A DNA stretch of 59,521 bases, filler included, from Thelocarpon superellum (Eukaryota), in the NCBI GenBank assembly GCA_026025795.1. It is 3 parts of 3 records of this genome, joined end to end, with 100 filler letters (N's around TTAATTAATTAA, not from the genome) between each part and the next. Parts side by side here need not be neighbours in the genome. Positions count along the whole stretch, not along the records: positions 39,781 to 59,521 come from JAPEUG010000341.1; 2 more parts are not named here. One strand, 5' to 3'. Shown piece by piece: positions 49,017 to 59,521 of the stretch. A program made the translations under genes and the position numbers. How positions within the stretch are numbered: the stretch's first letter is position 1; every line of letters starts with the position of its first letter. The notes below the pieces were generated by a model, which had not been told where the DNA came from, did not search any database, and worked only from the letters and a program-made list of their open reading frames with translations.

Positions 49017-51750
49017 TTATCCACCGCGCTCACCAAACATTCGGGCCCACTCCTCAAACTCCTTGAGGCCCTCCTTGCTCACGCTCGGTCGAATGTTGAC
49101 CAGTGACGCATCAAAGTCCTCCGCCTGGATCGGGCGGATCTCGTCCATCGACATGTGCAGGAGTGCTTCTCCTAGACTCCGGAGCGGCCCCATTGCCGCA
49201 TCCTTCGCCAGCGCCGTGATGTCTGATCCGGAGAATCCTGCCTCGTGTCAGCATGGAAGCGCCCTCTGATGGAATTGCCCAGGGGAGGGGGAGGGCTACC
49301 ATCGGTCAATCGGATCAATCGCTGAAGGTCCTCCTCGTCGAGATTGTGCTTCTGATGTCCCAACAACGTGCGTAGTTGCGTCCCTCGCACCGGTCCTTCC
49401 GGCAGGGGAATGTACTGTCGACGGACGAAGCGTCGCCGGGCGGCTTCGTCAATGGCCCAGGGGAGATTGGTGGCGGCCAACACCAGCACCCGGCTCGCAT
49501 CGCCCTTTTCCTTTTCCTTCTCGCTCTGTTCGCGTCCGGCGGCGGCCCGGGCAAGGTCGGACCACTGGATGAGGAACTCCGTCTTGACCCGTCGCGACGC
49601 CTCGTGTTCCGTCCCGGACCGAGCCGACAGCAGCGAATCGATCTCGTCCACAAAGATGATGGATGGCGCCAGCGCTTTGGCCAGCGCAAACAAGGCCCGC
49701 ACCAGCTTCTCCGACTCGCCCAGGTACTTGGACGTGAGGCTGCTGGCGGAGATGGAGAAGAAGGTCGATCTCGATTCCGTCGCCACGGCGCGCGCCAACA
49801 TCGTCTTGCCCGTTCCCGGCGGCCCGAACAGCAACATCCCCCGAGCCGGTTCCCGCAGCCCCATGAACAGATCCGGGCGGAGAAAGGGATAGACCACCGC
49901 CTCTTTCAAGGCATTCTTGGCCACGTCTAACCCCGCAACGTCATCCCAGTGGACCTCATCGCCATGGACCACAATCTCGTTGAAGATCTGTTTGGCCGCC
50001 GTCTCGTCCACCCCCGGCGGCAGATGCTTCATCACCTGCTCCACGCGTTTCTTCCACGCCCGGTCCTCGGCCGATGTTCCCACGTCAGACGTGCTGGTCG
50101 GCGTCGAACGATCCTTCTCTCGTGACCTCGGCGGCCCACTGCTGCTCGCACTGGCGTCGCTCACTGACTGCTCCGACGACCCACTATCTGCTCGCGCATG
50201 GACTGGCTTGCGTGCCATCGACGACGGAGCCACGGCCTTGCGCGGCACGGGTGCCGTCGGCGGGTGGTCGGTCACGCGGGACTTGCGCAGCGGAGACTTT
50301 GCTCGGCTTGCTCCCGTCGGTGGTGCCGCCCGACCCGACCGAGCGTGGTGCGGCGGCACGGGAGGTGGCTTCTTCTCCGCGGTCGATGTGGTCCGAGACT
50401 GATACACCGGCCATTCATAAGCCGCCGTGCTCGGTCGTGGCGGGGACCTGGCTTTCTTCCTTGGTATCTCCCCTCCCACCTTTCGCTGGATCGCGGCAAT
50501 CCGAGGCGGCTGCTCCACCGGATCCAAGGTGATCAGGTCCTCCATATACTGCGATCGTGTGCTTGGTCGCCGGGATTCGCGCGCCTCTTGCGACGACGGA
50601 CGCGAGGTACTCTTCGTGGCCGTCGATCGACCGGGCATGAAGTCAGATGGACTGGGTGGGCGGATAAACGGCGTGTTCTCGGTAGCCGACGGTCTGCGAC
50701 GTGCATCTCCCTCCGACTCAGGGCGGTACAGCGGGCTGACATCCCGGCCCTCTTTGCGAGCGGCATTCAACGTGCCTGCGCTCCCCGTCTCGCCGTGGCT
50801 CCGTCCGATCCCGTCGCGAGCCGGCTGAGAGATGGCTCCCCACGCTTGGGTGGCTGCCTTGGACGCCGCGATCCCGCTCTCCTTCCGCTGGCCTGACGGA
50901 CGTGGAGACTTGGACGGCCGGTTCCCGTTTCGACCCGTCCGCAACGTCGTCCGGAGCCCACCCCGCTTCTCTGGACTCGGCGATCGTGAGGTCCTGGGCA
51001 GAAGCGGGGCCACGGGCAGGGTCGGAGAGGTCCGGCGCGTCGCTTGGGCCTTGACTTGGCCCGCGCTCGTCGTCCGTAGCTGCTCCATCGGCGTTCCTTT
51101 CTTCGTGAACCCTGGTCGCTGCGGGAGGGGTGGGCCTGGTCGTGCCAGGTCCGGATAGGTGACGGCGGGGATGGTGCCCTGGCCGATGAAGCCGCGCTCC
51201 GACTCGCTAGAGCGGCGGGGGTCCTTGACGGCGTCGGCCCGCGGTTGGGAGGATTGGGAGGAGGGCGCGGATGGGTCGTCGGTGCCGTTGCGGCTCGAGT
51301 CCAGCCGGCTCAGACGGAGAGTGTCAAGCAGATCCACCCGCTCCTTGCACCGCAACTCCATGTCACGCAAAGACTCCTGGAGGGCCCGCTCCGTCTCGGA
51401 ACGGGGGCGATAATGCGGGGAGACCCGGTAGGCGTTGTGGTAGTAAATTTGGTCCAGGGCCGCGCGCCATGACCGGAGGGCCTCTGCTTCGTTGTTCTTG
51501 AGAAATGGTTAGCCGGTGACACAGAGCGGGTCGAGGCACGGGGGTACCACGGGAGGGCATATGAGTGCACCATGACGACCCTATGTGGGCACGGGGGGCA
51601 CCATGGGGCTCCGGATAAGGGAATCACGACAGCACCATGGAGGGATCCTAGGGCACGTACCTGGTCCTCGAAGTAGACCGCCGTGGAGCACTTCAGATAG
51701 CACTCGTCAAACGTCTTCTGCATGGAAGACGCCGTGTTGTTCCGCATCAT
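49017..51750 (-). CDS. Spastin/fidgetin-like AAA ATPase (yeast Sap1/Yta6 type)
   Basis: [27 protein letters not shown], Walker A GPPGTGKT, Walker [49 protein letters not shown]. Three exons; TAA at 49019-49017. Confidence 0.93.
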
Positions 51751-53263
51751 GGGACAGGTCCGCGGACCTTGGTCCCACGCGTTGTGGACGGTCGGAGAGG
51801 AGCACGAGGGGTGATTGGACCACTAGAGAAGAGAGGAGAGCAGGAGAGAAACACTGCGATGGCGTCGTCGTGAGACCGTGAGAGCACGCGACCGATGACG
51901 GGAAGAGAGTAAGGGGATCGGTGAGCGGTGCGCTGATCTTGACGGCGATCTTGACGGTGATTTTGATGAGAATCAGATGCCGTCCGGACGTATGTATTTG
52001 TATGGGCAGCGTCCACTGTGCACCGTGGACCAAACAACCTCGGAGTAGGTTGTATGGTATGGTGGGTATGTTAGGTGGCTCAGGTGCTGCGGCAGGAACG
52101 ATACAGAAGTACCAGCGTCTACGAGACGCTGGTTACTGTCCACAGTCCTCTATCAACTGTTCAGTACGAGTACAAAGTGCCGCGTGCCATCCACAAGACG
52201 CGAGCCGAGTGACGTCGCTGCTGCCCCACGTTAGAATCTCGTTCGTTAGTTATGTTCCTGTATGGTTCCAGTCCGAGGCTGTTACTGTCATGCCACCCAG
52301 AGGTGCGCCCGGATCATTCCTCATGCCCCGCATCAACGTGCCTCGCATCCAGACACCGACTGGGAAGCCCCTCTACATATCATTTGGTGTTGACCGAATG
52401 CCCGAAAGCGCAAGGATATTGCACGGTCGCATCTGGGCTTGTCGTCCTGCGCTCGCGAGGTCCTCGTCCATTCTCGACCGAAGGCCAGGCGCGACTTCTT
52501 CCACCGGTTGGTTGGCGACCCGGGACTTGACCGGTGACTTGACAGGAGTGGCGCCGGGGCGCTTCGCTCCGCTCCGCTCTAAACATCGCGAGTAACTCGC
52601 ACAGTTATTGTCATGTTACTCGGTTGCCACCCGTACCCGTACCCGTTCCCGTTCCCGCTCCCGTACACTATCTTGGAACACGAGCACTCTGTGCCTGCGT
52701 CTTGCCAAAAGGACGGAGGATCTGGTAGAGAGAGCCGACGGCCCTCAACATACTTCTAAGATGTCTATCGATCTAGAAGGGCAGAGCAGATGGGAATCGG
52801 ATCGGAATCGGATCGGAATCGGAATCAGCACGAGTCTACCTCAGATGGATCCCGAGCACCTGTCTCGACCGACGGCCCGACCTGCGCCGGGTGCGCCCGC
52901 CCACAAATCGACACGAAAAAGTTGGGGAGCAGGAAGAATGGAATCAGGCCCAGGAGATGCACAACACACAGTCCGTCTTGGCTTAACCAAGCATTTGGGA
53001 GCAGGAAACGCCGGAAATGCAGCCGAGATCGCTCGCCCATGCGGCAGAAAATGCAAGTACGGGGCATGAGATGGACTCGTCAGGGGACAAAGATGGAGAA
53101 GTTGGAGAGACGGCGGCGAGGGTTGAGGAGAAGGTGGAAGAGGGAAGATGGACAGCGACAAGGTGGGCCGAACGCGGTCTACGTGGAAGGTGCCGCCGGA
53201 TGCAAAATGGCGCCGAGATGCGAAGGGACGGCAGCAAGGTCGAGGAACAACATGGAAGTGCCG

Positions 53264-54618
53264 TCACAGCGCCGATCGCTCTGCCTGCCGGCGGATGAAG
53301 TAGGCTTTCGCCATTTCGTATGCACTCCTGCCACGTCGCATCAGCACCGTCATCATTCACGGCTCATGGCGTCTACTTACCAGCAAATGGCGGTGCTGGG
53401 CATCGTGGTGATGATGCGCGGTCGCAGGCCCCGGAAGAATCCGCCAAATCCATCGCGACGATAGATGATGGCCGACGCCTGCCACAGTCCCTTGGCATTG
53501 CGGATCTCTGCATCCCGTGCCGTGCCCCGCGTCTGCAACAACGTTTTGGCCACGTCCAGGGGCGTGGTCAAGCCGGCCGCGAATGCTCCGGCCAGCCCAC
53601 CGGATACGCAGTGCGTCACGGGATCGTACCGCTTCGAGGGATTCATCAGCTTAGAGATGGACTCGTACGCGGTGAACTGGATCGCGGTAAAGGGGATGGT
53701 CATGGAGAGGGTGGTGGGGTAGGACACGTAAAAGGCCGCGAGACCCTCGGCACGGTAAACGGATTTGGCGCAGTGGGCCAGGGATTTGTGTATCGACCCG
53801 TGCAGCTGCATTCGTTGTTTGATCACTGAGCGCCACGTTAGCCAGACATGTCCCCACTCCCTCCAATCTCGGGACCAGGCCTGGCCGTACCGTCAAAGGG
53901 ATTCATGATGGCATCGCTGGCCGTCGTCGCACATGCCCCGCTGACGGCTACCACCGGTCAGCATCACGACACCTCGACGCCACGGATACACCGTCCTCAC
54001 CAGCTGCCAGCGGATGATGTGCGCTGCCTTCGTTCCCACCCATCGCATGCTTGACCGCCTCGTAGGTGGCAAAGTAGACGGCGTGCGCGGGGCCTGCGTG
54101 CTTCATCAGCCCCGGCTCCTGTCGTCGAGCGAAGGTGGAGCCTGACCTGCCCCCAGCGCGACGCTGGAGATACCTTTCCATAGCGCCCACACCCCCTCAG
54201 TGGATGAGATGCGCGTGACGGCATTGGAGACGCCCGTGTAGACCGCGGCGGGAGAAGGATTGATAACCTGCATGCGGGTCTGCAGGGTGTTGGATTAGCA
54301 TGGCCACGCCTCGCCCGGGACATCGAACCCACCTTGATGGCATCAATAGGATACATGACGGTGTGTTCCTGAGAAACGTCAGCGGGGAGCCCGTCGCCTC
54401 GAACCCGACTCCGTCCAGGTCTACGCACCGCGATCCCCGCAAAGGCACCGGCGGCGAGATTGGCCGACAGTGAGAAGCTGGGGGGGAGGGCCTCATAGCT
54501 AGAGAAGAAAGAGGGGGATCAGCGGAGACACATTCGGAGCGATACCAATGCTCCAGGGACTGTGGACTGGGGCCACCCACTCATGTTCTTCGATCGGCAC
54601 CGACGGCTGTGCCGCCAT
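53264..54618 (-). CDS. Mitochondrial carrier, Mrs3/Mrs4 (mitoferrin) iron transporter
   Basis: Multi-exon. AGAFAGIA|EHTVMYPIDAIK, GPAHAVYFATYE, FYVSYPTTLSMTIPFTAIQFTAYE, TTPLDVAKTLLQ, PRIITTMPSTAICW, YEMAKAYF. Confidence 0.92.
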
Positions 54619-55767
54619 GGTGCTCTCGAGCTCTCGAGCAACAGCCGTCGAGCGAGTGTCGATGGCTCGACTCGAGATCACCGTCATCCGCGGCAGCGGT
54701 GTGCCCTCCCGATGAAGTGGGTCCGCGCGCGCGCGCAAGGGCCCGGTCGCGCGCGGGCGAGGAAGAGGATGCGCGTCGAGGGGGAGAAAGGTGGAGGGGA
54801 GGCGGGGAGGAGAATATGGAGGGTGCGGGCGAGGCCGAGGGCGAAGGAGCGGCGAGGAGGGAGAGTCGAGCAGCGTCTCTTAGAAAGAAGTGGTGACGAT
54901 TGCGGTGGGTGTCGCCTGTCGCATCGCTTGCTGGTGGAAATGGAAATTTCCGAGGTTGACCTGGTTGACCTCCCGCCGAGCGCTGTGCCAACTGTAACTG
55001 GAACCCCTTGGTCCACCACGCCGACCTGGTCCAGGTAGCCGTCTTAGCTGGGGTCTCTCGGATGCCCCGTCCGCCGCCGCCGCCGCCCACCGCCCGCCAC
55101 CAGGCGAGCGATCGGCCAATCGACCCACCAGCTTGGGGGTTCCCCCAACTAACTACGGAATACGAGCAACGACTGGTACGAGGATTCGTCCAGGCACGAA
55201 CGTTTCCCTTCCCTCGCCAGGCACGCCTAGTCGTCGTCATCAAGTCCTTGACGCGCCTCCACCGGCCATGATGCCCCCAAGAGCCATGCACCCCACGCCG
55301 CATCTGCCGGCAGGTCGTGTTGATACCTCGAGCTCTGCCACGCATGCAGCCATGGTCTTGGACGATTCGTACACAGCTGCTGAGCGACGCATAATCAACC
55401 GCGTGGTGGAAAGAAAAGGCGCTGGCCGGAGCTGAACAGATGGTCGCATACGTCTACAGGTGAGTCGATGAGTCGGTCCGAAAGACTAGACAGCAGCAGG
55501 CTCTGAGTAAAATGAATAGAACGAGGCCCGGCCAGGACGCTTCATGCGGCGCTAGGTAACCACCACCAACAAGGCAAGTCGAACAATCGAAAGGGAACCA
55601 TAGGTGTCATGGGACCGTGCATTCGCTCACTGGATCACTTCATGCCGATGCGGGTACGATGGACATCTTCCCGAGGGCCTAGTGTACATTCGATGGTGTG
55701 CCCACCAAGACCAATCTCATCCGCATCAACGCCGACACATGCACCGAGACCCGTCATCTCAACACGG

Positions 55768-58658
55768 CTATCCAATGTTGACCCCCGTCCCGCGACCCTC
55801 CGCTTGCGCCTTCTGGAACTGATACAAGAGCCCCAGCACCCCCGCCCCGCCTCTCTCGCCCGTCACGCCGTCGACGTCTTCCTCGTCCAGCTCGTCCTCC
55901 TCTTCCGCCGTCGCCCGCGTCGTTTTCCACGAGTCCCCAAGCTTGCTGTCGTCCGCCATCCCGCCCGACCCGCTCGACGCCGCCACCGACCGCTGTGGCG
56001 GCCCGCGGGACTGACCCGCCTCGTCCGCTTCCTCGGGCGCCTCGACCATGACCGAGCCCGTTGCAAAGCGAGGCCGCGGCTGACTCGTGGCCGGCTGGTG
56101 GTGCGGGTCCAGGAGGATGGACATGCCCAGCGATCCCGACTGCTGCCCGTGCGGCGCCGCCGTCCGGCCGCGCCCCGTCATCCGGAGGCCCGCCGTCGAC
56201 CCCGTCACCTTGCCCGACGACGCCGGTCGTCGGGCCAGGTGCCCGGTGACCCCCGCCGCCCCGTCCAGTGTCGGCGACATGAGCCCGGGGAAGCTCGGCG
56301 GCGGGTGAAAGTGCCGGACGGCAGCTGGATGCATCGGACCGATGCCCGTGCGTGGGTTGGTGGCGTAGTTGTCGAGGAAGCCAAAGTAGGAGGCCAGCAT
56401 CTTGCCGTCCTTGGTGGCGTAGTAGTCCTGTCGCAGATCTGGCCGCCCGTCCGGCCCCGTCATCGTCGCTGGGCCCGCCGTGTTGTCGCCGCCGCGCTGG
56501 AAGTCGAAGACGGCAAAGGAGCAGACGTAGCCCAGGCCGTCCACGTGCACCGTGAACTCGCGGAAGAAGTCGACCAGCCGGTCGCTACACGTGGGCAGGC
56601 TGAACCACAGCACAAAGGGGGTGAAGATGATGCTGAGGATCTCCTCGAGGAAGATGACAATCTTCATCTGATACAGCGCCGCAAACTCCTTGCGCACCTC
56701 GTCGCTGTGGAGCCGGCCGCGCCACGACGTCGGCACGTAGCGCGTGTACTCGATGACGTTGTTGAGTGCGAACTCGGGGTCGAAGACCAGCGTCTCCTCC
56801 GGCACCCCGCCCCGCGCCATCGCCCACACCGTGCCGAAGACGCCGAGGTAGAAGAGCACAGTGCGCTCCGGCGTGATCTCGAATCCCAGGAAGAGCTCCG
56901 GGTCGATGACCGACGCCAGCGCCAGCACCGCCGCCAGCGCCCCCGACACAAACGCCACGAAGCGGGACAGCTGCGTGGTCTTGTCCTTGGGGAACTGGTC
57001 GACGTATCGCGTCGCGAAGGGATACGACATGTTGATCCGCCGCTGGAAGAGGTGCCAGAGCTCGTTGAATTCCCGGAACTTCCACTCCGCCAACGGCGTG
57101 TATTGCCGCGATCCGAGCTGCGACGGGTTCCGTTGGAATTCCTGTCCACCACCCCAGTCAGCCTCGCCCACCCCCTCCCACGGCGTCGGGCGGATCTTAC
57201 GGTGAAGTAGCGAAAAAAATAGAGCATCATCAGATAGACGACGATAAAGGGCGCGCACACCACGTTCATCGTCCCCGCAAAAAGGAAGCGCCGGCGCAGG
57301 CCCTCGCTCAGCTTCCGCCGGTGCGTGTCCTTGAGGAACAGCGGCCGCACCTGTCCCTGCTCGTTGAAGACGTAATCGAGGATGCACAGGTTCAGGTTCC
57401 ACTCGAGCGTCTTGGAGAAGAGTTGCCGGTGGCGCAAGAAGGGGATGGGCAGGGTCAGGTCGAGGATGTCCTTGTTGAAGAGCGCGATCAGGTAGTTCTC
57501 TTTGCGCATCAGCCGGTTGGCGATGTCGTGCGCGTCCATGCGCTGCTTCGATTGGTGCCCCATGTACCGGCGATTCCGCACGCCCACCCCGTCGGCCGTC
57601 ACGGGATTGGCGTCCCGCAGCGTCATCAGCCGCGCCACCACGTCCTGCCACGAGATGGTCTGGATGTTGGCGTCGTCGATCTCAAGCAGATGCACATAAA
57701 AGTCGTGGATGTGCCGCAGCCGCCGGATGTCGACGAGGTATTGAAACACCTTGCCGATCCAGAAGACGGCGAAGAGCCACAGGAGCACATTGGTTGTGCC
57801 TGACATGGTCTTGGTGCATTGCGGGATCATGATCTGCGACATGGTCTTGCTGTTCGGCACCTTGCCGTAGTCGATGCAGATGGTCAGGAAGGTGGTGAAG
57901 CCGACGACGAAGGCCAGGGTCAAGAGGTTGAGCACCCGACTCAACATGATGCACCAGATGCCATTGCCCAAGTAGTAGTCGTACACGTCCTTCAGGAAGT
58001 TGTCCAGATTCTCCACGTTGGCCCACCGCCACATCGCTCGTTCCTTCGGATCGACCAGACTGAGCTGGAACTTGTTCGTGGGGGGGATCAAACGTGCCGT
58101 CGTTGCTTCGCGGGGGCCCGGGTGAATCCGCTGACGCGCCTGCGTCGACTCCCATCGGGCCCGGGCTTCAGCCGTGGCCGGACCGGGGATGGGCGAGGGG
58201 GGGTGTGGAGGAGGGGGCAAGCCAGCGCCGCCCGCCGCTCCCAGACCCGGCGCCGCCGTGTCGTCGACACCTTCGGTTAGCAGCGAGAGCGGCACCTCAT
58301 CGTCGCCCTCTTCTGGCTCGGGCGCACGGCGCGATGGCCCCATCCACTTGGGCCGGCTGGCGCTCCGCAGCGCCGACGCTCGCCGGCCCTCGCGCGACGG
58401 CTCCGCCAAAAACGCCGTACTCTCCGTCGTCATCTGGCTTTCGTCCATCTGGGCCGCAGCGGCGTGATCGAAGTCATAATGTTCAAAGCCGCCCCCAAGG
58501 TTCTCCTCATCCAAGGCCATGCCCGCCCGCTCTTCCAGGTCCGAGACATCGGACGATTCGTCGTGTGCGCGAAGGGTCTCATAAACGGAAGGCTCACCCT
58601 CCCTGGGCGGGAGGAGACGCGACAGGAAGTTGGACGCCATGCCGCCCGCGCTTGTCAT
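55768..58658 (-). CDS. ATG9: Autophagy-related protein 9 (lipid scramblase)
   Basis: [88 protein letters not shown]. Intron 57200-57142; start at 58658 or 58640. Confidence 0.96.
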
Positions 58659-59428
58659 GGTGATTGGCGGGGGCGGGGAGTGGTGAGCGGAGGGCGGAGG
58701 GTGGAAAGGACGGACAGCTAAACCAGGTAGCTGCGGGTCTTCGGATGGGCCATGGTTCAGGAGACGCCCTCTACCAACCGCCACGGTCGGAAGAAGGCAT
58801 GACTCCTGCGACGAACGAGCGATCCAGTACGGCCTAAGTGCCTGCACTCCACAGATTTGGATCGAGGTGGTCAAGTGATGAAGCGAATGACCATCATCTG
58901 TTTGATCTAGTTAGAGCGTTTCCACGCCGCCTAGATCCTCGAACAAGCTGTCCCGCGAACGTGCACGAGCCCCTAAGCCCCGGGCTATTAGGCGGCCGCC
59001 GCAACACCTATGCTGGTACGGGTATGGGTACGGCTACGAATACATATACGCATACAGGTACTTCGTACCATGGACAACACCGAGTCGCCTAACCGTCGAG
59101 CAGAACGTGACGGGCGTTGACAGGTTGTCACGTTAATTTATCACTCACGTAACGTCCAGCGCTTAGCTAAGAGGGCTAGGAATCAAGCGTACGGCTGGAA
59201 ACCACTAAGAGTCTCCCGCCGGCAGGCTTAGCTCACCCCCAGCCTGAATATCTGGCCGCGTCAATGCAAAAAAGCTCATCGTATTTTACTCCCATCGTGA
59301 CTTCAGAACCATCACGTGACCGTGAGCCATGTGGACGGCATTCGATGCTCGCACGTGACATACTGAAAGAAGACGTAGTTCAATATCCGACGGTTCGGGA
59401 GGTGTGGCATTTGGCCGCGTCGACCAAG

Positions 59429-59521
59429 ATGGTGGGTGTCGACACGACCTGTCCGACCATGACTCTCCCCGACGGACGCACCCTGGCGTGGGACGAGTAC
59501 GGCGTGCCGTCCGGCCCGGCC
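59429..59521 (+). CDS. 5' fragment of a probable alpha/beta-hydrolase
   Basis: MVGVDTTCPTMTLPDGRTLAWDEYGVPSGP resembles the LPDGR.L...EYG...G start common in alpha/beta hydrolases; only about 30 codons are visible. Confidence 0.55.
   Translation, partial: MVGVDTTCPTMTLPDGRTLAWDEYGVPSGPA

Noticed and set aside
52630..52826. Short (acccgt)n and (ggaatc/ggatc)n runs and overlapping ORFs between the AAA ATPase and MRS3/4
   Set aside because: Simple intergenic or UTR microsatellites; the ORFs have no coding hallmarks.

Overview
GC-rich, intron-containing fungal (Pezizomycotina-type ascomycete) DNA. Three segments are joined by two artificial 100-bp spacers (N44-TTAATTAATTAA-N44 at 19802-19901 and 39681-39780). 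Segment 1 holds NDC80 (partial), NOT1, an F-BAR/SH3 Hof1/Cdc15-family gene, seipin, a small secreted protein, and a SurE-TTL (PBY1-type) gene cut by the gap. Segment 2 holds a 5'-truncated Ser-rich gene with an (ASPSK)11 array, a complete 8033-bp Ty3/Gypsy chromodomain LTR retrotransposon, an F-box/LRR gene and VPH1. Segment 3 holds AP-1 beta-adaptin, a 3-exon 57-aa microprotein gene, a HIRIP3-like gene, TPS1, mitochondrial uS17, a Sap1/Yta6-type AAA ATPase, MRS3/4, ATG9 and the start of an alpha/beta hydrolase. The most unusual element is the retrotransposon (131-bp LTRs, GAGCG target-site duplication). Between pol and the 3' LTR it carries a third sense ORF of about 520 codons encoding a DnaJ/J-domain (HPD mutated to HLD), a charged helical repeat and an unassigned domain. 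The element was inactivated by C-to-T hypermutation dominated by CpG, with CCA as a secondary target, rather than classical CpA RIP. Gene identities come from recognising motifs by eye; no database search was run.
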